DNA of 54,337 nt, counting the filler, from Sphacelaria rigidula (lineage: Eukaryota), in assembly GCA_964200075.2 (NCBI GenBank). It is 5 parts of 5 records of this genome, joined end to end, with 100 filler letters (N's around TTAATTAATTAA, not from the genome) between each part and the next. Parts side by side here need not be neighbours in the genome. Positions count along the whole stretch, not along the records: positions 21,777 to 32,564 come from CAXNAA020005912.1; positions 32,665 to 43,451 come from CAXNAA020005913.1; 3 more parts are not named here. One strand, written 5' to 3'. Position numbers and translations under genes: made by a program. Positions within the stretch are counted from its first letter, which is position 1. Each line of letters opens with the position of its first letter. This document shows, piece after piece, positions 24,542 through 37,322 of the stretch. Under the pieces are notes generated by a model. The model had not been told where the DNA came from. It ran no database searches and saw nothing but the letters and a program-made list of their open reading frames with translations.

Positions 24542-24992
24542 AACAGCCCATCATCGAAATTGAGGATGGAACTTTTTATTCAAGATGAGAACCCGGAGGA
24601 TTGAAACCTTCGTATCCACACCAAATTTTCGAAATACGGTTCCATTCCTTCACCTACTAGTAGCTGTTGACAACTGCTACACGCCCTACAAATTTGGATT
24701 TCGATAACCGAAATGTTGCGGGGTCCTAGATGAAAAAACAATGTTGGGGAATTTAGGTGATCCGATCGGATCGCCGAAATTCCGCGAATTTGGCTTGTCA
24801 CCTAGGACCTCAACATTTTGGTCATCTAAATCCAAATTTGTAGAGGATGTAACGGTTGTCAATAGCTACTATAATAGTCGTTGAAGGAGGAATTTCGAAG
24901 ATTTGGTGTGGATACGAAGACTTTAATCCTCCGGGTTCTCATCCTCAATGAAAAGCTCGAAAGCTACATCCTCAATTCGATTATTGGCTATT
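24542..24992. mobile_element. Foldback MITE, family A copy 1
   Basis: Whole element is an imperfect palindrome centred on TCCGATCGGA; TSD CTCT; homologous to 35167-35598. Confidence 0.85.
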
Positions 24993-27751
24993 CTCTGGTG
25001 ATTGTTGGATTTTGTCAAACCCAGACAAGTTCATTTCTCCTAGGCCGGGAGGCCTTGAATACACTAGGCAACCGGTGGGGGAGCGGAGCCGTCGACGTAA
25101 AACGATGGGGGGGGGGGGGGGGCGTACTCATTTGTTGCTTGCCTCTAGACCGAGGGATGGGGTGGGGGAAAACAAAAAAACGTTCACTGTATAAACTCGG
25201 TGTCGATCATACTTCCACAAGTGCCTAGTCAAAGTCAATCAGGTCCACGGTATACCTTCGAAGGGAAGCAACGCCCTGACACACGGGGTCGCTTACGCGA
25301 GAGAAAAACACGTTCATCTTAGCTGTTTGATGTTCTGTATAAATAGTATTCAGTTGTCTCACCCGTGGCACCTGAACAGCTATCAACTCAACTTTCGGTT
25401 GTGGCACCTGCATTCTGTGCTGCACCATCTACGCTGTAAGATCGACCTGCTCTGGCCAGCCAGAGGGCACGGTGTCCATACACGTACATTCGCCCGAGAC
25501 ATGTTGGATCGGTAGATGCCGAACTGCGGGGTTTTCGAATCTGGGTTCTTAAGAATGCTCACGCAAAACATTGCCACATTGCCGAACAAAAGTAGGCAGC
25601 CGGTGGGGGGAGCGGAGCCGTCGACGTGGAACGGCAATTTGTATTTGTGTGGTGACTGATACAATAATAACTGACGACGCGTTCGAATGAAAGCATGAGC
25701 CAGTCGGAGTATATTCCAATCCCCCTGCCCATGATTCAAACAGCTCCACTCGTCTGCACGTGCAGTCGTGGCACGTAGCGCATGCCAACGACACGCACAA
25801 TAAAACGTGCGAGGCACAACAACGATGATCTTCGTCTTTCCTCCCTCTTTTCGACGTGTCAAAACATCATTTTGCTTCTCAACATGAAAAAAAAATGCGG
25901 CCTGTACCTAGGATATACTCCAAACCGTCACGGGATTATGTCTACTACCGTCATATTACTTTGTGTTGTCTAGTATTGCCCATCTGCAAACAAGTATCCA
26001 TCGAACTCAAGTATATGTCTACATCCCTCCCTCTGAATACACCAAGACCTTTTCGTTTTACTCCTTTGACCGCCAGGGTCGGTCATCTGTTGAGATCATC
26101 TCCACCTGAAAAATCGATGTCAAGACCCGGATTACCCACCCTGGAGGTCCAAGGGTTGAACCCATCACAGGATACGAGTGAGGTACCAGAGTAGAGAAAC
26201 GAAAAAGGGTACAAAACCGTAATCTGAACCACGAGACCTTGAATGCCGTTTCGGTACGATGACAACATTTTTCTTCAAACATATAATCCATACATATATA
26301 TATATGATTACTCCAATCCCCACAACGTAAGAACTACAAGCAGCTTACTACCCCCTGACATAGAGACGAGACAAGATGGATCAATACACTCGATCGCGAG
26401 ACATTGGACCACCACCACTACTACAACTGTTAACACTTGGCCCGCGTATCGGACACAAAAAGGAGCTCTCGCCGACTCCACCAAGTCTTGCTCTGAAAAG
26501 CGATCGATTAGGGCATACCTTCTGTAGCATGTCCTGCAGTGCTGCTACCCCTACACAGTCTGTACTCAGGTGATCGCTCACCTCTCCGAAAAACTCAGAG
26601 TGTCAGAGGGATGACTTTGCTGAAGCCCCGTTTACATTATTCTTCTTTGCGACTCGACGTGTTTCACCCATTTATCATGCCTGTCACTCAGACCTGTAAC
26701 TCAGACCCTTGGGCGCATACGAATGTACACCCGACTCTGCACACTCATTTTCCCAGTGGATATATGGCGCCGTTTCAACGGACGATGGAAACACACACCT
26801 TGACTTCGGCAGTCGAAGCTTCAAAGCTTTCAAGATACTGCAACAGCTTAACCCCATTTAGCCTGAAAGCTTTTTGGATCTTTATCGAAGGAACGTTCAT
26901 TTTCCACAACAAAGCCGACATTCGCATTGGTAAACATGACCTTGCTGGATAATGTTACATGCTTCGGATTCAAAGGGCTCCAACGACGCCTCTGATTGAA
27001 TGACGCGACGTACCGTGCAGCGTGAGGAGTTCAAAGATAGAGGTGAGGTTTAGGCCACGGCCATACTTACGACCCTTCGCATATTCTACGCGTGCCCGAA
27101 AAATCACAACACAGTGGATACTATGCAACCCTGGTGCGTCTCGAGTATTTTTTTCTATAAAAGTGCATTTAATACAACAGGTCTCAGATGTCGATCAGGT
27201 CATGCACCTCTACCGAACCTCGTCGACATTAGCCGTGTTCAGCCAGGCCGTACACCTGTACAAGTCACAATTCATCACAAGAGTCATCCTGAGTGTACGA
27301 CACCCGGGGCATTCGCGGTGCTTCAGGACTCACTAGCTAGGGCGCCTCAAGTACGCCACTGGGCGTACACGACTGTAATTGCTACAAAAGGCCCGAGACA
27401 CGAACTAAATCCACGGAAAACCTAAAAATAATTTACACATAACACAAACTTACACGAGAAGAGGATAAAACAGAGGAGGAACGAGCTACAACGTACGAAA
27501 ATAATGGAACACTAATATTAACAGCTTTGTTCAATCAATCGTACAAGAATGATGCTGTGTATATTTACAGCAGTGAGATCAATCGCCAAGGCGAGTCAGA
27601 GTCACGTCGAGTTATGTCTGGTCACGTCGAGTCACGCCGAGTCAAACCAAGGCAAGAAAAAAAAAACGAAAAAAATTACAAAAAAAAACTGACAAAGGGC
27701 AACGTGAGCAACCAACAAATGGGTAAAAGCCTTTGAATCTCGTACATGCAG

Positions 27752-28160
27752 GTACTTCGATACCGACACAGCGTCTTACTGGAACATGACTCCTTGTGGG
27801 CAGGAGGAGCATATCTTAAGAAGTCAGTACTTGTTCAAAGCCGAGGGCGAGGAGGGTGGGGGGGACACTAAAAAAACTGAAAAATATTCTTGGCTTGAAT
27901 CGTTCGCCGAAGCAAACCACCGGAGAAAACGGAAGGCATTGCTCGCTAATATATCGATTGAGGGGTCGTATTCCTCTGTTATGCCTAACCCTGCACGCAT
28001 TCCCGCCGTGCTTGATTTATCAAGCCCCGACATCCCCGAAACATTTGGGGAAAAAGACGGGAAAGACCTCTCCTCAGGTGGTGTACAGATATCAAAACTT
28101 GGAGGATTACACAAAAATGGTCGGTTCGTGCCGCCGCGTCCCCCGCCCGCTAGCCGTTGA
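27752..28160 (+). CDS. Probable terminal exon of an unidentified gene
   Basis: TGCAG acceptor, then an open frame with protein-like composition (YFDTDTASYWNMTPCGQEEHILRSQYLFKAEGEE…) to TGA; upstream exons not identified. Confidence 0.45.
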
Positions 28161-28192
28161 TATGGTTGATCCAGACCACGCCAAGGTTTGTT

Positions 28193-31100
28193 TCACTCGG
28201 TTTGAGTGAAATCTACGTGGGCCGCGGGAGGTACCCTACCAACACCCTGACCTGACCCCAACACATCTAGGGCACCTACACCCCCGTACGACACGCCGGC
28301 TCCGTCTCGTCCGCTAGATTTCGCTGCGCAACCTCCGACCGCCGCCGACGCCGATGGAGTACCCGGCTTAACCGCGACCGTTTCGCGGAAGCCGTTGCTA
28401 CGAGTGCGATTCATAGCATTGTTGCTGTCGGTGAAAGGCGAGAGAGGAGTGGAGGAGGGTGTCCCCCAGGGACGTCCTTGGCCAGGAGCTACTAGCACAC
28501 CCTCGTGACTATCGCTGCCGTCATTGCTCGTGATCATTCCCCCTTTACTTACAACACCTTCTTCCCGAGAACACGTAACTGCAGCTGAGGTGGTAGCCGT
28601 GTCCATGTAGACCGTGCTGCTGTCGTCTTCCTTGCCACTGCTGGCAGCGGTCTTCGCCTTCTCCTTGTTCAGCGAAGGATGCAGCACCGACAATGGGTCA
28701 GAGAAGCTCGTTTCGGCCGCTGTGAGCGGCATGGTGGCGTCTTCGTCCAGCTCCAGGTGGAATGAATCGTTTGATACCAGAGAGTCATCCGACATTTCGG
28801 AATTATTTCCGTCTTTTCCGTGGCAGCTCTCTTCCTCGTCTTCTGGCTCATTTGCAGACTCTAGACTGGCGCCATCCAGCTCGTCTACATCTACGAATGA
28901 ATTCATGATATCAAGCCCCTGCGTTGTTGATTGTGGAATGGTTCAGACAGTGCGGGTCGAGGGCAGCAGGGAGAAGCGAAGTGAGGGGGGAAACACGCAT
29001 ACCACGAAACAAGACAGGGGCAGAAGTACCGACAAGATAGAAGCAATACAGACAGAAGAGCCGTCTTATAGCCCAAAAATGGAATCAAAATCTTGTTGTT
29101 CTCAGGTTTTGATATTCGCCTTCAGGGTCAACGGCATCATCTTACAAATATAAACGCGGCGGAAAAAACGGCACAGTCAGGGCAAGAGCATGCGGAAAAA
29201 AACGGGATAATACCGCTTCGTTTTCTTTACTGAATTGATTGATTGATTGTCGCACTTTAACTGACCCCCCGGGAGTCCAGCCGTGGTCTCATGATAGACG
29301 TACCCGAGACAAAACAACACTGAAACACTCGCTGAAGAAAAGAAGGAACAGAAATATCCGTTGGTATTGTGCGTATTTGTTGTCCTCTCAAGCCCTTGAG
29401 CAGAAGCTGCAGCAAAAAAAAAAAAAAAAAAAAAACTTGAAAAAAAACTTGAAAAAAGCGGCGCCGACAACAGTTGCCATAGGCCTGTACGTAACGCAGT
29501 ACTTTTTACTGTCTAATGCAACTGTTGACCATGTGTTGTCCAGGATTTGGAACCATCTGACAATTGGGACGTGGGTTGAACCTCGGTGAAGAGACACAAC
29601 CTGGGATTTTTCCTCACAGAGTGCCCAACAGTGCAGAGCCAATATGTCGTGAAAACACAAAGTTCGACGTCACAGTCGACGAGCAAAAGGGCCCGCCGAA
29701 CCGCCCTTGCGATAAAAGGCGAGCACCGCAAAGGGAACGTGGAGTAGTAAATGAAAAACAACTCCTGTGTTGACCTTCTCCTGTGTCCTGTGTGACCCCG
29801 GCTGATGCGCCCACATATACCGAAAGGTGTAGACTGACGTCCAGAATGGGTGGGATGACGGCACATACACAGGTATCCGTCCTGGGATATCCAGCATGAT
29901 CGGCACTCGGCGCCGCCGATACCTTGCAAGTGTTCAGCGCTTACGATCATCGCTTTTACAAAAATTCGCATCACTTCTTCAGTCGTCCAACCTTCTATAT
30001 TTTTGTTTCTTACGAGGCCTTGAGGCGTATTTTCTATTTTCATACCGCCCGCGTGTATCCTATCGTCGTGAATCTCCGTGTATAGTCGTAGTGCATTCTA
30101 CGTCTACATATATAAAGTCATAGTACATTGTACGTCTGCATATGTATAGTCATACTTCATTACGCATCTGCATCGTGTCCGCAATGCATTGACGTGCACC
30201 TTGTCGCTGACCTTTCCATACCAACAGTAGCTATCACCCAATACGTACGTGCCCTATCGTAAATACTCTAACGGTTGATGCTGGGCCCAGAATCTGTCGA
30301 TCCATCTGCGGATAGTGCAAAGGGTCATTATCCATGACTGCAAATCCTGGATGATTACACTACATCGTCAAAAATGTGTACTATGTACAGTATCGACTAT
30401 TGCGTCTGTTGCAATACGCGATAGATTTCACACAATGTGTAGTACACTTGTTGACAATGGAATATTTTGTCCAGGGTGTATAATGCTGTCGACATGATAT
30501 TTTTCTTGCCACCGGCGGCGCTCTCGCGAGGCCTCCTCACCACCCGGGGGGGGGGGGGGGGGGGGGTCGGGCGCGGCGGTTTGGCACTGAACTGGATCGG
30601 CGGCATAAAGGGGAAAACACCGTTGTTGTGGCCGCCGGTCCGCGGCGGGGGCCTCCTCGCACGCGGGGGGGGGGGGGGGGGGCGGGCGCTCGTCGCCGAT
30701 GTTATGCACTTGATCGGCTTCGCCGATTAACTGGAAAAACATCGATGTTCTGGCCGCTGGCGCAGCCAGTTTGAACTTAACTGACCAGAGCAGCCAGTTC
30801 AAGGCCCCACTAACCTAATCCTTAGACCCCAATACGGCGTGTGCAAATACCGTGGAGATCTGTGGGTATCTTATCGCAGACCTTCATACGGCTTGTGCAA
30901 TAACCGTAGATCTGTGAGTGCCTCGTCGTAGATTTCAATGAAATGTACGCAAATACCGCAAGTGTGTGGGCACGACATCGTAGATCCTGATACGCTGCGT
31001 GCAACAAGCAAAGGATCTGTGAGCACCTCCTCATAAATATCAAGTAAGCTGTACGCAAAAACCGTAGATCGCTGCGTACTGTATCCTCGATTTCAATGCG

Positions 31101-31311
31101 CTGTGAAAAAAATAGCATACTGTAGATCTAGTCAGCACCTTATCGTAGATCTCCATGTCTTCGTGTTCGTTCATGAGCTGCATGGTGAGCCCGAACCCGT
31201 CGCACTGCTCCACCATGGTGAGGTACTTCTCCAGCATTTCGTCGCCGTCGTCTCCCTTCCCGCCTTCATCCAAAATGGTGTAGAGCAACACCAGCATCAC
31301 CACGAGATTCT
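28193..31311 (-). CDS. 3' part of a divergent importin-alpha-like (ARM repeat) gene with long Ser/acidic C-terminal tail
   Basis: Exon 31311-31139 (KYLTMVEQCDGFGLTMQLMNEHEDMEIYDK) splices in frame to exon 28918-28193 (GLDIMNSFVDVDE…). This resembles the importin-alpha C-terminal motif 'IEE.GGLDKIE.LQ.HEN.EIY.KA..IIE.YF'. Confidence 0.7.
29234..29330 (-). mobile_element. Non-LTR retroposon 3' end, copy 3
   Basis: ATTG x4 plus the shared block, within the importin-like intron. Confidence 0.72.
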
Positions 31312-32814
31312 CTGTTCGAGATGAATCCCACATGACACATGAAAATACGTCATTTTCAAACCACTTTGATACTCGGAGATCTTGGGATCTTTCCTGACCT
31401 GAAGGAGCATATGCTTGTCAAAATCAAGCGACAAACGCTATTTGCAATGGTACTTTGGCACACATCACATGGATTCGCTGGGATATGATTACTTGGCGAC
31501 TAAGGAATTCAATGAAAACAAAAAACAAATAAATGTGGTCTAGGCAAAAAAAGCACACGGTAAGTACCGCCAGTCCCGCAATATATATATATATATATGT
31601 GTGTGTGTACATCATAATGATTGTGATCCTACCACAAAAAAATAGCACCTGACCCGTGCAACATTGCAACTTGTGTATACGTACATCCCATGTAGACATA
31701 TCCACGACAGGGCAGAACAGAAGGGAACACATTTTATTTGATTGATTGTTGCATAGCACTGCTAGAACTAATCCTCGAGGTTGCTGTTCTTGCCTCAGTT
31801 CGCACATCCTTCCTACAGCGCCTACAGCGCCTGCTGCATTGTTTGGAATCCTTGCATTTCTTCACACGTCAGACAAGCTCAGCAGCTACTTGAAATAATT
31901 AATCGAACACAACTCTCATAATTATTGGTCCAAGAACACTATGAACGTGACGGCGGGGTCAGAGAAGCCAAGGCGCTACATTTTCGCTTCTCTGCGTGCT
32001 CGGCGTCCAGCGCTGTGGGGAGCAAGTATGGCAAAAGGGGCCAAATAAGCTGGCTAATGATCCGGATGAGCACACTTTTTCATCAGAATTAATACTCAGA
32101 CACAGTGTAGCTCCTAAGCAGTCTGACGTGTGGAACTTTTCATACATGGTGTGTCGCGGAAAATTTTGCAGCGATGAGACACTATATCTTCAGTATGATT
32201 GTCCACCGAAAAAACGCGGAGAGCTGAAAATTGAAGTAGATCCGTCATGCACGTGCATTCCGTTCACGTACAGTAAAAAGAGCCCGACGACGACCAGGCG
32301 GTAGTACTGTACACTGTACCGAGTGAAGACCATCAGGGATATAGCCACCGTCACGCTTTTTGTGGCGACCCAAATTTGATCTGATGCACATGCTGATTTT
32401 GTACTGCTACCGAATTATGCAGGTGATATTTTTTTGCAAATTCTTGAAAAACCGTGACATTTCAGACTCTGCAATACACTTTTTTTCAGCATCTCACACA
32501 CATCGAGTCATCTTACGATAGGGGGGGGCGGGTATTTGGTTGCACGAAAAAAGAGGCTCATAAGNNNNNNNNNNNNNNNNNNNNNNNNNNNNNNNNNNNN
32601 NNNNNNNNTTAATTAATTAANNNNNNNNNNNNNNNNNNNNNNNNNNNNNNNNNNNNNNNNNNNNCTTTCCGTCTTTGTGGGGCTGCGCCGTCACTGGTCT
32701 AATTCCCCTGCCCTCCATGCTCATGAGTACCCCCCCCCCCCGTCCTCCCGTCCGTCCCTGCACCCCGATGTCTCTATGCGGAATCAACCGATGCGTGGCA
32801 AAACTGTACCGCAC

Positions 32815-35800
32815 CTGAGATTACTGAAGTGCCTGACCAAACAAGGAGGCAGCACTAAAACCAGGACCATGACGGGCGTAACGGCGTAGAACGATTGCCA
32901 CCAGTGCAACGCGCCATCAATGCCCGCCCACTCCTCCAGCATGGACGTGGTGAGGCTTCCAACCAGTACCACGTAGGAGCACACGGCGCCGAAGTTTTGC
33001 ACGACAATGGAGCTGTCAACGATCCATCCTCCGTGCGAGCCGAGCGTGCGCTTGGCCAGGGCGGAGAATTCCAACTCCTCGAGAGTGCCTGCCTCGCCGG
33101 CTGAGGTCGCTTCCGCCGCGAGGATCAAGGCCACTGCTCCCAAGTATACGGCACAACCTGCGATGAGATGGAGGATGGCAAATGTTTATTGCAAGGGCAG
33201 GTCGAGTAGAGTATATACACTCCATTGCGGGGTATTTTGAAAGTCGTACTCAAAGTACGCAGATTGGGGGTAGGGTTTCAAAGAGCAGATCGAGTAGAGC
33301 ATTCTCAATTGCGGGGTATTTTGAAAGTTGTACTTAAAGTACACCAATAGGGGGTAGGGTTATAAAGGGCAGGTCGAGCAGAGTATATACTCAGTTGCGG
33401 GGTATTTCGAAAGTCGTACTTGAATAAAGTCCACAAATCGGGGGTAGGGTTTGAGGCATATCTTTCCAGTTGTTTTTTGGGTACGACTCGTAACACTCTA
33501 CCCTATTTGAGTACCTCAAGTACGTCTTTCGAGCAACCGTTGCTGCCTTCGACACAATCATTCGAAGTGTAACATCCGTGCCTTTTGTGGCGTTGTCGTA
33601 AAAAGTAGCTGGAGTCGCCACAAAAAGCAGCTCTACCGTGGCAGGTTATCGGCACACACCCCTGGACGGAATGCCTGCGCATGATCTTAGAATTAACAGA
33701 CAGCCATGCGCAAGACGTGTAAGAGAAAGAGCATGCGACGTGAGGCTGTGAGATTGTGACCTACATACCCCAACACTGACTTCCATCATCGTTTTTGTTC
33801 TTGTTTTCTTCCTCGAAGGAAGGAGGAAACCTCACCCAAAACTTACCCCGCAAGCGGGTTCGTGCGCCGATTACCCGAAGGCTCGGCTACACCGCGTCGC
33901 GGCGGTACAGCATGCAGGCCCATAAACGGGAGGGGCCGCTGCAACTCGTACATACTCGGGAGCGTGCAAATCAAGGGAACCATAAGATGTATTCACCTTC
34001 AGAAGCGATGCTGGGATAGAGTGAGATATATGACGTGTGAAATGGAAAATGACCAAGGGTAGGTCGAGTAGAGTATACTCAATTGCGGGGGTATTTTGAA
34101 AGACGTACCTGGGGTATTCAAATTAGGTTGGAGTGTTGGGAGTCGTACCCAAAACATAACTGGAAAGTGATCCCAAAAGCCCTTCCCCCAATTCGTGCAC
34201 GACTTTCAAAATACCCCGCAATTGAGTATACTCTACTCGACCTACCTGTGAAAATGACTCTCAAGGTCTACCGGTGAAATATAGGAACAATGCAACTGAC
34301 ACGAATAGAGCACCAAGCACCGACAAAAAAGAGAAGAAATGCAACTTCTGTTTGTCGTAGCTGTTTTGTTTGCCTTGGACAAAGCAACAGTCCAGTATTT
34401 TAGAGAGATGTGAAAAATAAACGGGTACCGGTTATAGCCGGTGACAAGGTTCCGCGGTAGCTTACATGGAAATTCCAGGTAATTTTTACTTCCGGGGGGC
34501 TCTGAGAGTAAGTACATCATTTGACGGTTTTGATTCTCTCGAAACTTCAAATTGAACGTGACATTAAAATTTGGACAGATATACGCAGACAGCAGCAGCA
34601 GGTTGCATGCAAACACACAATACAGGACATCCGGAGAGCTGATCCGAACGAAACAAAACACACCAACAAAATTAACAAATAACGCGAACATACGTGGGAT
34701 TTACATAACACCTCGGGGACGGTACTTTTTCGTCCCCGGTAGGTTGCGGTTGACTGCTTCCGAGATAGCCCCCCCCCGAACCGGCCAAAAACGTGCACGG
34801 AGGCGATGATCATAAATGCCGTTAGAGTTGGTTTCGTGCTGCACGACGCGACTCATTTGGGCGTTATAGCTGAATTCGGACTGCTACACGCCTCTCATGT
34901 GGGAGAAATTGCTGCAAACGAGCGCAAAAGTGGAATCGCAGCCGGTTTGTCGGACGGTATCCGGTGCACTTTTTGTGGGGGTGCTATCTCGGCATTAGTC
35001 GGTTATAACCGGTAGGTTACATGGTCGACACCCGGTCTTTCACATACCTGGCATTTTATTCCCTGTGTGCAAAACTCGCCAACAGACACCAACACACACA
35101 CCAACACACACACAGACAGTAAAGGCACACGAGAAAACACGCACACACGCGTGTGCTCTGGTTTTCAACACGGGATTTTACAAATTGGGGATGGATATTT
35201 CATTGGGGATGAAAACCCGGGAGATTAAAATCTTCGTATCCACACCAAATCTTCGAAGTATTGCTTCCATTTCTTCACTTGCTGGTAGCTATTGACAACT
35301 ACTACACGCCAAACAAATTTGGATTTCGATAACGAAATGTCGGGGTCCTAGGTGAAAGAAAAGTATTGGCGTCCGATCGGACCCCTGAAACCCCCCAAAA
35401 TTGTTTTTTCACTTGGGACCCCGACATTTCGGTTATCGAAATCCAAATTTGAATGGCGTGTAGTGGTTGTCAATAGCTCTCAGCAAGTGAAGAAATGGAA
35501 GCAATACTTCGAAGATATGGTGTGGATACGAAGATTTTGATTCTCCGGGTTTTCATCCCCAATAAAGGATCCGTCCCCAATTTGCAAAATCCCGTGTTTT
35601 TCGGTGATAACTCACAAGCAACGATGTAGAGCACAGTAGACGCAACCACCCCACTATCCCTGAACGTCTGCGGCGTGTTGAGGATTCCGGATCCGATCAT
35701 GTAATTCAGCACAAGGAGCACCGTCACCCATCGGCCGTTGTCGGTGCGTCGAGAACCCCTCTCGAAAGGTGACTGAGGCGGCCTACTCGGCGAATATTTA

Positions 35801-35925
35801 TCGGCGGCGAAGCCGCGGGTCGCCTTGCGCACCCTTTTCCCCGCTTCTAGTGCTGCAATTGATTTCCTGCTCGCTGGCGATGATTCCAGCTCGTGCGTCG
35901 GAATCGCTCCGTACGTTTTGGGCAT
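32815..35925 (-). CDS. 5' part of amino-acid transporter (Aa_trans/AAAP, SLC38-like)
   Basis: Exon 35925-35616 with VLNYMIGSGILNTPQTFRDSGVV; exon 33157-32815 with FSALAKRTLG…IVVQNFGAVCSYVVLVG…LPPCLVRHFSNL; phase-1 junction fits. Confidence 0.9.
33192..33530. repeat. Tandem array (~3 x 85-90 bp) derived from the hAT-type MITE arm
   Basis: Repeated GCAGGTCGAGTAGAG…TTGCGGGGTATTTTGAAAGTCGTACT…GGGGTAGGGTT. Confidence 0.8.
34054..34250. mobile_element. hAT-type MITE
   Basis: CA…TG termini, long TIR (GGTAGGTCGAGTAGAGTATACTCAATTGCGGGG), 8-bp TSD AAAATGAC. Confidence 0.8.
34752..35000. mobile_element. MITE family B copy 1
   Basis: TIR GACTGCTTCCGAGATAGC / GCTATCTCGGCATTAGTC; TSD GGTT; homologous to 42235-42485. 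Confidence 0.85.
35167..35598. mobile_element. Foldback MITE, family A copy 2, in transporter intron 1
   Basis: AACACGGGATTTT…AAAATCCCGTGTT, centre GTCCGATCGGAC, TSD TTTC. Confidence 0.88.
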
Positions 35926-37080
35926 CGTTCAGGGGCTTTTGCCTGGATCTTGGTATCTGTCCTCTTCTTCTCGCTGCTGTCTGTCGAATTTCCTAAAAAT
36001 GGATGGACCTGCTGGTGGTGGAATTTTTTTCGCGCGGGTTTCGGTCGTTGACGGTGTTGACAACGTTAACAATGGATGGTGATGGGAACGTTTTCACGAA
36101 CGTCAACATTAAATATACTGTATATATATATTGAATGGAATGAACCCAGATTGTGTGTTCTGTGGGACATACCCGTAAAGCGGGATATTGTGGTTGGTAT
36201 ACTAAGCCCAGTAAATTTTACCGGTATTGGGCTACAAATGTTCATGGTTGATATTACTTGATTTGAGTTTGTACAGCGAGAATCGGATCTGTAGTAGGGC
36301 TGACAGTCCCGTGTGCACCTCGCCTGCGCAGAACGCGTTTTCGTTCAAATCGCCGCCTGTGGCGCCGATTTGGGGTCCACCAAGGCCATACTTTGCCTAG
36401 GCAATGTATGTACAGCCCTTGCCTTTGGGTTCTCGGTATACGTTGGGTTGGGATTAGGGTTAGGGGTAGCAGTACTTGTACAATTGCGTCAACAATGGAC
36501 ATTTTGTAGCCCAACACCGGTTGACTAGCCTCATTAAGACCCACTTTTATAACAACAAATCTCGATTTTTTTGGGACCCCGATTTTGAAAAAATCGGGGG
36601 GAATCAAATTCGTGGACTCAAAATCGGGGTAACCGTTTCATGGTACAGATTTGTGAAACCCTTTTGTACACAGACGGTCATTTTCTGGATGAGTGTGGTA
36701 CTGCGTACTCGTGCATGAAGCCGAAGAGCAGGCAGGCGGTAAACAATCCTTCGAGTGCAGTGTCGTACCTTATTACCCTTGGGGTAATACAGACAGTGCA
36801 GGATACTTCATCAGAACAGTACACGATAATGCCGTGTGGTAGTTTATGATGGCACAGCCGGTGTTGCGAGAAGAGAGAACAAACAGTGCGCGAGCAGAGT
36901 TCAGTAGTGCAGTGCCGTACATCACCCCCCAAGTACAGCGATAATAGCTAGGAGAGTACAGTAGCGTTTGTTATAGCGATACATATGGCAGCGCAGCATA
37001 AAATATTACCATCGCCGCAGGGTATGGCGTCAGCAGCTGGGGCGGGTAGTAGGCACGCCCTGTGCTGTCACGAGACTGTC

Positions 37081-37322
37081 TTCTACTGCCGTTGCAAAAA
37101 TATCAAACGCCTCGTACTCTAGCATTGTACGTCAATGCACGTACGTCACCCAAAAAAACTCGGAGGGAGTCACGATCTCGGGACGGTTTGTCCCCCGATT
37201 TTTCTACCGCCGTTGCAAAAGTATCAAACGCCTCGTACTCTAGCATTGTACGTCAATGCACGTACGTCACCTAAAAAAACTCGGGGGGAGTCACGATGTC
37301 GGGACGGTTTGTCCCCCGATTT
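37081..37322 (+). repeat. 121-bp tandem duplication within a CCCCGATTTT-rich repeat
   Basis: 37081-37201 is nearly identical to 37202-37322. Confidence 0.85.

Noticed and set aside
27824-28195. Readthrough or selenocysteine at TGA 28193-28195, since the minus frame stays open beyond it
   Set aside because: The downstream S/F/P-rich frame looks like the antisense shadow of the + strand exon; no SECIS recognised
28614-29153. 179-aa + strand ORF
   Set aside because: Antisense shadow of the importin-like last exon
30428-30802. ORF with FQLIGEA resembling a DnaJ helix
   Set aside because: No HPD motif, interrupted by long G-runs, lies within an intron; insufficient support
33192-33530. CRISPR-like array
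   Set aside because: Whole units repeat with no unique spacers; MITE-derived, eukaryotic context, no cas genes
36453-36466. Telomere-like TTAGGGTTTAGGG
   Set aside because: Only two units
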